Origin: Candidatus Levybacteria bacterium RIFCSPHIGHO2_01_FULL_36_15b
GTDB taxonomy: Bacteria; Patescibacteriota; Microgenomatia; Levybacterales; UBA12049
DNA: 64,000 bases
Assembly: GCA_001782045.1 (NCBI GenBank)
Contig: MFNK01000003.1
Location: 101,905-165,904, forward strand
Reading direction: 5' to 3'
Each line of letters opens with the position of its first letter. Position 1 is the first letter of the stretch. Shown here in pieces: positions 55,926-64,000 of the stretch. The translations under genes and the position numbers were made by a program. The notes beneath the pieces are model-generated. The model did not search any database and was not told the DNA's origin. It saw nothing but the letters and a program-made list of their open reading frames with translations.

Positions 55926-57690
55926 TCAAAACACCTCCGAGTATAAACCATTTATCCAAAAAGACTGGAGAAATGTGAATATTTTTATAAGCTGACTTTC
56001 CGTCAAGGCTTATTCTAATTGTATCAGCCTCATTTGTCAAAATGTCCGTTTTATTAAAAGCAAAATCTAAAATGACTTTTCCAAAAGGAGGAATCACTGG
56101 AACAAATATATTTTGATAGCTGGGAGTAAAATTATCCGAATAAACGTATGCGTTTAGGCTATTAGACAACACTCCAGACCTATTTTCTACACGTACCTTA
56201 CCTTTTATTGGAAAGCCTGCAATATTATTTTCTGAAATCTCAATTGAGGGAACTAAATTTTTTTCAGTCTTAGCAAAATCTTTTGATATAGAAATATTTA
56301 CGTCTTTAACATTTAAATTCCCAGAATACTTATATCCACCTGCAGGAATTGGATAGGAACTTTTTATACCGTTTTTAACGAAAGCAAAATGGTCAAAATC
56401 CAAAACATTAAAATAATCCACCCCATTAGTAGTGTTTCCCCATGTTGGGTCTACCATGACCCACGCAGAACTATCAAAGTCATAATACTCAGGCCACGCG
56501 TGTAAGACATCTTTTATAAACGATAAAGGCCTTTGTCTTTCGTTTTCCGTATATGCATACCCGTTTACCGCTCTTGCAGGAATTCCTGCTGATCTTGCTA
56601 GGGCTATAAAAAGATCTGTAAACTCCAAGCAGACTGCGGAATCGGGCTTGCCAAGTGCGCCTAGTGCTCCCAGTCTTGGACTCTGTGTTTCAATTCTTGA
56701 AAAATCATATTTTAGAGTTTTAACGACATAATTATAGATTGCCTTTGGAGTTTTTAGCTCTTCCGAAAGTTTTTTTATTTTAGGCTCATTTGATTCCCAA
56801 AAACTTGTTTGTTTTAAATATGAATCGAGATCTTTTTTTGAAACTTTTTCTGTTCTTGGGGTTAAATAAACTTTAGCTTTACCATTTACCTTAACGTCCA
56901 GCTTTTGAGAAGCATTAAGTAAATACTGGGCCAACCAATTACCATCACCATCTATATAAACATTTAGAGGTTTTGGGTTTATTTTCTCAATTTGGACATC
57001 CTGGTAATTAGTAGTAGGAGGAAGAGCTAATTCGGTTTTAATGCTAAAAAGGTTTGTGTTTTGCATATGATAGGTTAGGTCAAAATTATAAATCTGAAAT
57101 TTACCAAAAGCCAAAGAAATACCAGATTCTCCTAAATCATCCCGCGTAAAATTTAAAGTGTTTCCGGATAGGTTTTCTAAAACATGGGGAAGCGATGGTT
57201 TTATATAGGCTGGAGGACCCAAGAATGAAGGATAAATAACGGCTACCTTAAAATTAGAAAAGTCAGATTTTTTAGATATGCCGGGAATGTTTATGTCCCA
57301 TACGTTTTCTAAATTTTGCGCTATTTCTTTTGTATTAAAGGTTACTTTAAAATTTAATTTATTATCTTTTCCTACTACTTTTTGACTGAAAGGCACATGA
57401 ATTTTACTTCCATTTTCTGTTTTTATAATGGTTGAGCTGACTTTGTCGCTTTCTTGCTGCGTTGATATATCTCTTAAGTCCTTGAATCCCACTTCTATGT
57501 CGTAAGATGAAGCATAGTAATTATTTGATAAGTTAGTAAGCGTAACATCAATATTTACTTTAGTATCCGCATTTGAGCTAATCGAATAAGTTACGTTGTA
57601 GTCGGTTGAAAAATTTTCAGCTGCAAAAGTTTTTGGAGTAAAAAACAAAAATAATAAGATAAAAATACCTAGGAAAGCCTTTTTCATCAA
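55801..57690 (-). CDS. secreted/membrane-anchored transglutaminase-like protein
   Basis: signal peptide; CLEF..ARSAGIPARAVNGY, HAWPEY, VDPTW triad; C-terminal TM. Confidence 0.88.
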   Translation of the reverse strand: MMKKAFLGIFILLFLFFTPKTFAAENFSTDYNVTYSISSNADTKVNIDVTLTNLSNNYYASSYDIEVGFKDLRDISTQQESDKVSSTIIKTENGSKIHVPFSQKVVGKDNKLNFKVTFNTKEIAQNLENVWDINIPGISKKSDFSNFKVAVIYPSFLGPPAYIKPSLPHVLENLSGNTLNFTRDDLGESGISLAFGKFQIYNFDLTYHMQNTNLFSIKTELALPPTTNYQDVQIEKINPKPLNVYIDGDGNWLAQYLLNASQKLDVKVNGKAKVYLTPRTEKVSKKDLDSYLKQTSFWESNEPKIKKLSEELKTPKAIYNYVVKTLKYDFSRIETQSPRLGALGALGKPDSAVCLEFTDLFIALARSAGIPARAVNGYAYTENERQRPLSFIKDVLHAWPEYYDFDSSAWVMVDPTWGNTTNGVDYFNVLDFDHFAFVKNGIKSSYPIPAGGYKYSGNLNVKDVNISISKDFAKTEKNLVPSIEISENNIAGFPIKGKVRVENRSGVLSNSLNAYVYSDNFTPSYQNIFVPVIPPFGKVILDFAFNKTDILTNEADTIRISLDGKSAYKNIHISPVFLDKWFILGGVLIVIFITAIPITYSGLRRISLFRQKRDNNLRGEGDKPTQKSI

Positions 57691-57706
57691 TTTATTATAT
57701 CTTATT

Positions 57707-60586
57707 TTATCCGATGCTTTTTTTCAAAAAAAGTCCTGTATATGAGTTTTTTGTATTAGCAATTTTCTCTGGAGTACCGGAAGCAACTATGTATCCGCCT
57801 TTATCCCCGCCTTCCGGTCCCAAATCTATAATATGATCAGCATTTCTTATTACATCAAGATTATGTTCTATTACTATTACCGTGTTCCCAATGTCTACTA
57901 ATTTTCTTAATACCAAAAGAAGTTTTTCTAAATCTGCAAAGTGTAATCCGGTTGTAGGTTCATCAAGTAAATATAGAGCATTAGATCCTCTTTTAGATAA
58001 TTCTGCAGCTAATTTTACTCTTTGTGCTTCTCCCCCCGACAAAGTAGGCGCGCTCTGCCCAAGTTTTATGTATGATAAACCAACGTCATTTAATGTTTGG
58101 AGCTTGTGAGAAAGACCGGAAACATTTTTAAAAAAATCTAATGCTTGCTCGACGCTCATTCGCAAAACTTCTGCAATATTTTTGCCGCTATATTGAACCC
58201 GTAGTGCTTCTTCGTTATATTGCATTCCGTTACAAACTTCGCAAGTTACATATACGTCAGGAAGAAATTGCATTTCTATTTTTATCTTTCCTTCTCCTTC
58301 GCATGCCTCACATCTTCCCCCTTTAACGTTAAAAGAAAACCTTCCTGGTCCATATCCTCTTATTTTGGCTTCCTTAGTCTTTGAAAATAAATCTCTTATA
58401 TAATTAAACGCTCCAATATACGTTGCCGGATTGCTGCGTGGAGTTCTGCCAATTGGAGACTGGTCTATCATAAAAACATTTTTTATATTTTCAAACCCGC
58501 TAATAGTTTCAAATTTTCCCGCCTTTTGTCTGTGATACGGATTATTTTTCTGCATCAATGCATGATATAAAATGTCATTTATTAACGTAGACTTACCACT
58601 TCCCGAAACTCCTGTTACTACAATTAATTTATTAAGCGGAAAATCTACGGATATGTTTTTTAAATTATGCTCAGTTGCATTTTTGATAGTTAAAGTCTTA
58701 TTGCTTTCTATTAGCTCTTTTACCTGAACAGATTTAATTTTTCTTTTTCCCGACAAGAATTGTCCGGTTAGGGATTTTGGATTTTTTATTATCTCCTTAA
58801 TATTTCCCTTTGCTACAATGTATCCCCCGTGCTCTCCGGCTGCAGGACCAAAATCAAAAATATAATCAGATTGCCTCATCATTTCCTCGTCGTGCTCTAC
58901 TACTAATACCGTATTCCCTAACATTTGAAGTGCCTTAAGGGTATCTATTAACTTTTGATTATCCCTTTGATGTAATCCAATTGAGGGTTCATCCAAAACG
59001 TATAATACTCCAGTTAAACCACTGCCTATTTGAGATGCAAGTCTAATCCTCTGTGCTTCCCCTCCCGCAAGGGTTTGAGCGCTTCTTGAAAGAGTTAAAT
59101 AATCAAGTCCCACGTCCATTAAAAACGAAAGTCTTTGTTTTATTTCTTTTAAAATAAGCTTTGATATCTCAAGTTCCCTAGGGCTTTCGTTTTTAAAAAG
59201 TTCGTTTGTAAACTCAAGCGTACTGTTAATTGGCATATTGCTAACATCTACAATAGATTTTTTATTAATAGTTACAGATAGCGCTTCCTTTTTAAGTCTT
59301 GCTCCATGGCATTCGCTACAAACTTCATATCTCATAAATTTTTCAATTTGTGACCTAATAAACATAGACTCGGTAGAAGAGTATCTTTGTTTTAATTCGT
59401 GAATAATACCTTTAAATGGTTCCTGAATGCTCGTCTCATTGCCCCAGCGGTTTTCTCCTTCAACCTCATATAATTTGTCTCCCGTTCCATTAAGCAAAAG
59501 ATTTTTTTTAGAATTGTCTAAATCTAGCATCTTTACATTAAGAGGAATTTCATTTTCATCACAAAACGTTCTAAAAGTTCTTGAAAACCAAGTATCATGA
59601 GAAAGTAAGTTAAAAAATGGCGTAATTCCACCTTCCGCAATTGTTAAATTGTTGTTAAAGACTAGATCTTTATCTACATTTAAAATTGTTCCTAAACCGT
59701 TACATACTGGACATGCTCCATGAGGCGTATTAAAAGAAAAAATTCTCGGTTCAACTTCCGGAATAAAAATATTGTCTACGGGACAAGCAAATTTTTCAGA
59801 AAATAGCTCATCTTCCATTTTTTTAGGCTTATCCGGAATAGCAAATCCTGCATCTTTTATTTCTGAAATTATCAACTCTCCGTTGCCTAATTTTAATCCC
59901 TGTTCTACATCCGTTGAAATTCTATTTTTATCGGTTTCTTTTGTAAGTACAATGCTGTCAATTACTGCCTCTATTGTATGCTTATTTGTCTTAATTAAAA
60001 CAAAATCATCCGTTGTATTAAAAACTTGACCGTCAACTCTTACCTTTTTGTATCCCCTCTTTTTTAAATCAAAAAAAAGTTCTGTGTATTCTCCTTTTCT
60101 GTCCTTAACAATGGGCGCAAGAATAAATATCTTTAAATTTCTTAGGTTCTTTTTATATAACAAGTCAAACACTGCGTTAGTTATTTGTTCTTTTGACATT
60201 TTTGTTATTTCTTTTCCACATTTCGGACAATGAGGATGCCCGATTCGTGCAAAAAGAAGCCTAAGGTAGTCATATATTTCAGTTACCGTTCCAACTGTTG
60301 ATCTAGGATTATGAGAAGCTGATTTTTGATCTATAGATATCGCGGGTGAGAGTCCTTCAATTAAATCAACATCAGGCTTTTTCATAACCCCTAAGAATTG
60401 TCTTGCATAGGAAGACAAACTCTCTACATACCTTCTTTGTCCCTCTGCGTAAATTGTGTCAAAAGCCAGCGATGATTTTCCGCTTCCGGAAAGTCCTGTA
60501 AAAACCACAAGTTTTCCTTTAGGAATTTCCATGTCTATGTTTTTGAGGTTGTTTTCTCTTGCCCCTTTGACGATAATTTTGTCCAT
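57707..60586 (-). CDS. uvrA: excinuclease ABC subunit A
   Basis: [23 protein letters not shown], two ABC modules, Zn fingers. Confidence 0.98.
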   Translation of the reverse strand: MDKIIVKGARENNLKNIDMEIPKGKLVVFTGLSGSGKSSLAFDTIYAEGQRRYVESLSSYARQFLGVMKKPDVDLIEGLSPAISIDQKSASHNPRSTVGTVTEIYDYLRLLFARIGHPHCPKCGKEITKMSKEQITNAVFDLLYKKNLRNLKIFILAPIVKDRKGEYTELFFDLKKRGYKKVRVDGQVFNTTDDFVLIKTNKHTIEAVIDSIVLTKETDKNRISTDVEQGLKLGNGELIISEIKDAGFAIPDKPKKMEDELFSEKFACPVDNIFIPEVEPRIFSFNTPHGACPVCNGLGTILNVDKDLVFNNNLTIAEGGITPFFNLLSHDTWFSRTFRTFCDENEIPLNVKMLDLDNSKKNLLLNGTGDKLYEVEGENRWGNETSIQEPFKGIIHELKQRYSSTESMFIRSQIEKFMRYEVCSECHGARLKKEALSVTINKKSIVDVSNMPINSTLEFTNELFKNESPRELEISKLILKEIKQRLSFLMDVGLDYLTLSRSAQTLAGGEAQRIRLASQIGSGLTGVLYVLDEPSIGLHQRDNQKLIDTLKALQMLGNTVLVVEHDEEMMRQSDYIFDFGPAAGEHGGYIVAKGNIKEIIKNPKSLTGQFLSGKRKIKSVQVKELIESNKTLTIKNATEHNLKNISVDFPLNKLIVVTGVSGSGKSTLINDILYHALMQKNNPYHRQKAGKFETISGFENIKNVFMIDQSPIGRTPRSNPATYIGAFNYIRDLFSKTKEAKIRGYGPGRFSFNVKGGRCEACEGEGKIKIEMQFLPDVYVTCEVCNGMQYNEEALRVQYSGKNIAEVLRMSVEQALDFFKNVSGLSHKLQTLNDVGLSYIKLGQSAPTLSGGEAQRVKLAAELSKRGSNALYLLDEPTTGLHFADLEKLLLVLRKLVDIGNTVIVIEHNLDVIRNADHIIDLGPEGGDKGGYIVASGTPEKIANTKNSYTGLFLKKSIG

Positions 60587-60656
60587 ATTGTCGATTGAAT
60601 ATTATAGACCAAATCTGCTTCTAATAAAAGTCCCCGTATGGTATATTCTTTCTACG

Positions 60657-61655
60657 ATGCTTACGCAGGCAGAATATTATTCTAATTACCATATAGGATA
60701 TAAAAGACAAGGTCGGGGAAATTTTGTAAAAATATTTTTTTGGATTGCTGCATTAACCATTTTGGGTTTAATTATTTTGAAATTATTAAATCTGTTTGTT
60801 CCTACTCAAAGCAAAAGCGTTAATATAATTTCTCCGCTTGCACAGGATTTTAAATTAGAAACTCTTGGCTCAGCAGTTGAAAGAGCCGAAAATTCGTCGT
60901 TGTCGAAAATAGTTGAGAAAAATCTGGAAAATCAGGGTGGTTCTTATGCTGTTGGAATTTTAAACTTAACCACAGGGGATGAATACTTTAAAAACAAGCA
61001 TCAAATTTTTGATACAGCAAGTTTATATAAGTTGTGGGTTATGGGATTAATATACCAAAAAATAGAAAACGGTACGTTACAAAAAAACACTGTTTTGTCG
61101 GATAGCGTAGAAAACCTAAATAAAAAGTTTAATATAGCCTCAGAATCTGCAGAGAGAAAAGAAGGCGAAGTGAAGATGTCGGTGGAAAACGCAATTGATC
61201 TTATGATTACAAAATCAGATAATTATTCTGCCCTTCTTTTATCCTCATATCTTGGAATATCAAAAATACAATTATATTTAAATGAACATGGTTTTTCTGA
61301 ATCAAAATTGGGCAGTTCGGAAACACTTCCGTCTACATCGGTTTACGACATACTACAGTTTTTTTATAAGCTATATTACGGAGAGCTTGCAGATAAAGAA
61401 TTTTCGGAAGAAATGACAACTATTTTAAGGCGTCAGGTGTTAAACGGAAAAATACCAAAATATCTTCCCGATAACACAGAAATTGCCCATAAGACTGGAG
61501 AATTAGGTATGTATAGTCACGATGCTGGAATCGTGTATTCTAAAAACGGACCTTATATTATTGTTGTTTTATCTGATGCAAATAATAAAAAAACTGCAGA
61601 TGAAACCATAGCCCAAATTTCAAAAGAAGTTTATAATTATTTTATTTCACAATAG
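60657..61655 (+). CDS. membrane-anchored serine hydrolase, class A beta-lactamase fold
   Basis: SLYK, SDN and HKTG motifs; N-terminal TM; start moved to ATG 60657. Confidence 0.85.
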   Translation: MLTQAEYYSNYHIGYKRQGRGNFVKIFFWIAALTILGLIILKLLNLFVPTQSKSVNIISPLAQDFKLETLGSAVERAENSSLSKIVEKNLENQGGSYAVGILNLTTGDEYFKNKHQIFDTASLYKLWVMGLIYQKIENGTLQKNTVLSDSVENLNKKFNIASESAERKEGEVKMSVENAIDLMITKSDNYSALLLSSYLGISKIQLYLNEHGFSESKLGSSETLPSTSVYDILQFFYKLYYGELADKEFSEEMTTILRRQVLNGKIPKYLPDNTEIAHKTGELGMYSHDAGIVYSKNGPYIIVVLSDANNKKTADETIAQISKEVYNYFISQ

Positions 61656-62160
61656 ATTGAAGTTGAAAATCTGAAGCCTTTATAAAATTTCCGAGAAGTT
61701 CGGAAGCTACACCATACTGATGGCCATTCATATCGGTTAGTTTTCTTTCTACGGTTTCATATATCTGCCTATCTTCACTATCGCTCACGCGCATGAAGAA
61801 ACTATTATTAAAAGAGAATATGATTCTAATATTGCCAGAAGGAGAATAGTAGTGAAGAAAAAAATCCGTACTAGTTAAGTTTTTTTCTTCCAAAATATTT
61901 ATACCTAAAGATAAAGATGTTTCGGGAGATAGATTAATTTCATGTATTTTAAGATATCCAATTGGATATCCTTCGTTTTCATACTCTAAAGACCTTGGAT
62001 ATTCCTGTCTTTCTCCATATAACCCAGCAATTACCCTGGCTTTGGTTATTTTTTCAGAAAGAGTATCGTACTGCTCTTTGTTTATGGGTTTATCAATTCT
62101 AAATTCGTAGATAGAATCCGAACTTGATAAAAATTCGCGTGTTTTCGAAAGTTCTACCAT
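61642..62160 (-). CDS. hypothetical protein
   Basis: 172 aa from ATG 62160, whose A is the last base of the tRNA-Lys CCA. Confidence 0.6.
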   Translation of the reverse strand: MVELSKTREFLSSSDSIYEFRIDKPINKEQYDTLSEKITKARVIAGLYGERQEYPRSLEYENEGYPIGYLKIHEINLSPETSLSLGINILEEKNLTSTDFFLHYYSPSGNIRIIFSFNNSFFMRVSDSEDRQIYETVERKLTDMNGHQYGVASELLGNFIKASDFQLQSIVK

Positions 62161-62234
62161 GGTGAGCCGTGCAGGATTCGAACCTGCGACCAAGAGCTTA
62201 AAAGGCTCCTGCTCTACCGCTGAGCTAACGGCCC
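62160..62234 (-). tRNA. tRNA-Lys(TTT)
   Basis: GGAGC-CTTTTAA-GCTCT, encoded CCA. Confidence 0.95.
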
Positions 62235-62329
62235 GTAAACAAAATAGATTATATCAACGATTCTGTCTACTTGACAAGCAAGAATAAAAAAATATAGACT
62301 GTTGAAAATACGGGAAAGGAGGTGAAAAT

Positions 62330-62986
62330 ATGACGGATATTGGAACAACGTTATCTGCCTCATTCAATGGCGCCTTCTATGCCACGGTAAACTTCATCCC
62401 AAGATTTTTAACAGGAGCGATAGTACTAATTATTGGTGTAATTATCGGATCTTTGGTTAAACAAATAATAGTAAGCGTATCCAAATCTTTAAAAATAGAA
62501 TCTTATTTACGAAGATATGGAGTTCCTGAATTGGGTGAATATTCCTGGACAAATATTTTGGCGGAAATTGTAAGATGGTTTGTAATAATAGTCTTTTTAA
62601 TTCCAACAGCAGATGTATGGAATATGCCAAGAATTATTACGGTTTTAAACCAATTCTTACTTTATCTTCCAAATGTATTTGTTGCGGCAGTTATTGCAAT
62701 TGTAGGATTTGTTTTTGCCAGAATAGCGCACGATTTGGTATTGGCTTCAGCTAAAGGAGTCGATGCTCAAGCTGCAAGTACAGTAGCCACTGTTACTAGA
62801 TGGGCTATTAATATATTTGTAATTTTGGCAGTACTTTCCCAGCTTGGAGTTGCAACCGACCTAATAAGAATATTGTTTACAGGTTTGGTAGCAATGGTTG
62901 CTATAGCCGGTGGAATTGCATTCGGACTGGGTGGACAGGATGGAGCTAAAGACGTAGTTGACGGTCTTAGAAAAAGGTTTAAATAA
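62330..62986 (+). CDS. TM-helix repeat protein (CmpX/MscS-associated type)
   Basis: FIPRFLTG and YLPNVFVA repeats, IAFGLGGQD; SD AGGAGGTGA. Confidence 0.8.
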   Translation: MTDIGTTLSASFNGAFYATVNFIPRFLTGAIVLIIGVIIGSLVKQIIVSVSKSLKIESYLRRYGVPELGEYSWTNILAEIVRWFVIIVFLIPTADVWNMPRIITVLNQFLLYLPNVFVAAVIAIVGFVFARIAHDLVLASAKGVDAQAASTVATVTRWAINIFVILAVLSQLGVATDLIRILFTGLVAMVAIAGGIAFGLGGQDGAKDVVDGLRKRFK

Positions 62987-63028
62987 TAATTGCCTTTAAA
63001 TAGGACTTTAGGCTATAATTAGTGTCCT

Positions 63029-63102
63029 GCCGCGGTCGTCTAGTGGCCTAGGACACCTGGTTTTCAGCCAGGGAATCAGGGGTTCGACTCCCCTCCGCGG
63101 TA
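63029..63102 (+). tRNA. tRNA-Glu(TTC)
   Basis: CCTGG-TTTTCAG-CCAGG. Confidence 0.95.
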
Positions 63103-63123
63103 CTTTTTGGTATAATTCCCCAA

Positions 63124-63864
63124 ATGAAAGAATCTGCAAAATTTTTAATTTGTTGGGATCTTGATGAGACTCTTGGGCATTTTGCTCCTCTAGTGTATGA
63201 TATGGATGGCGAAGAAAGACCACGGTGGGATAAAGACGTTTATTTAGCCTATGGTATTCAAGACGTCCTTGATAAATTCTCCGAAAAAAACGGGTTTAGA
63301 AGTTGCGTTACCACAGCCTCGATGAGAGATTACGCGGAGTTTGCTCTTGAACAGACAAATTTACGTAGTTATTTTTCAGATTTGTATGCAAGAGACGTCA
63401 CTGCACCGTATTATGAAACAACTCGCTTGTACGTTGGTAAAACATATGAAGATGTTGCTTGGGAGCACATTCCATACGATGATTATCCCAATAGAATGGT
63501 GGTAATAGGTGATAAGGTTGAAGATAATCCTATTGACATGCGTGAACTAGTGCATATCTATTCACCGGGTATTTACTTTAACGCTATGGTAATAAGGGAA
63601 ACCTTGGTTGCATTGCTGGAGGCAGGAAACGATAGCTTCAGAAAAGGTTTTGATGTACTGGCTTCAAGAGGAACAAGAGAGTTTTTCGACAATTCTTCAA
63701 TAGATGCGTATTATCATGTAGATATTGGAAGTGGAATTGAAATTGCTTTAAGTAAGACTAAAGGCTCGGGACCACTAAATGATGAGGATGGTAATATTCC
63801 TCAAGTTTACATAAGAAGTGCCGAAGATTTTAGAAAACAACCAACATTAGTTCCTGTTACATAA
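63124..63864 (+). CDS. HAD-superfamily hydrolase-like protein
   Basis: WDLDETL motif I, VTTA motif II, VIGDKVED motif IV. Confidence 0.7.
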   Translation: MKESAKFLICWDLDETLGHFAPLVYDMDGEERPRWDKDVYLAYGIQDVLDKFSEKNGFRSCVTTASMRDYAEFALEQTNLRSYFSDLYARDVTAPYYETTRLYVGKTYEDVAWEHIPYDDYPNRMVVIGDKVEDNPIDMRELVHIYSPGIYFNAMVIRETLVALLEAGNDSFRKGFDVLASRGTREFFDNSSIDAYYHVDIGSGIEIALSKTKGSGPLNDEDGNIPQVYIRSAEDFRKQPTLVPVT

Positions 63865-63909
63865 TCAATTATTGCCAATATTGGTCTAGTTTGATATATA
63901 AATTACCTA

Positions 63910-63938
63910 TTGACAGAAAAGTATTTCTACTATACAAT
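63910..63938 (+). promoter_or_regulatory. sigma70-type promoter
   Basis: TTGACA 63910-63915, 17-bp spacer, TACAAT 63933-63938. Confidence 0.75.
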
Positions 63939-63944
63939 ATTTGT

Positions 63945-64000
63945 TACCTTCATTACGCAAGTAAGAAGAGGCAGGAGTTTAATAGCAATATTAAACGCCC
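63945..64000 (+). ncRNA. structured RNA or 5' leader, truncated by the window edge
   Basis: two hairpins closed by GCAA tetraloops directly after the promoter. Confidence 0.45.

Noticed and set aside
60657-61655. Beta-lactam resistance gene
   Set aside because: The fold motifs are present, but it is membrane-anchored and no clear class A omega-loop ExxLN motif is seen; more likely a cell-wall serine hydrolase.
1-64000. Alternative genetic code (TGA read as Gly) or tRNA introns
   Set aside because: Conserved genes are intact under code 11 with TGA used as a stop, and all tRNAs have uninterrupted anticodon loops.

Overview
AT-rich, tightly packed chromosomal window, genetic code 11. It is inferred to come from a Candidate Phyla Radiation (Patescibacteria, probably Microgenomates) bacterium, because it has a secretin-less type IV pilus locus, domain-trimmed ThrS/PheT/trigger factor/UvrC and many small hypothetical genes. 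Layout: holB-like gene and a NUDIX-PP2C-like fusion (1-3.5 kb); type IV pilus cluster pilB-pilT-pilC-pilD with 8 pilins and pilMNO (3.5-15.7 kb); core genes trmD, khpA, rpsP, rnc, nusB, rpmF, recG, tyrS, class A PBP, pheT, pheS, rplT, rpmI, infC, thrS (15.6-30.1 kb); a tRNA-dense region (17 tRNA genes, 31-63 kb) interleaved with accessory genes, tig, cell-wall enzymes, GT-C glycosyltransferases, dinB, rnhB, secG, uvrC and uvrA. No CRISPR array, rRNA, integrase or transposase was seen. The most interesting signals are non-coding: (1) a leader-peptide transcription attenuator in front of two tiny unknown ORFs; (2) five genes whose start codons abut or overlap tRNA 3' ends, in a genome with pervasive leaderless promoters; (3) a MITE-like insert at the pilC start codon that rebuilds the ATG and carries a chain of ATGA-coupled mini-ORFs; (4) a palindromic element built from a duplicated tRNA-Arg 3' end; (5) non-canonical tRNAs; (6) a promoter-driven GCAA-tetraloop RNA at the right edge. 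All calls are by eye, without database searches.
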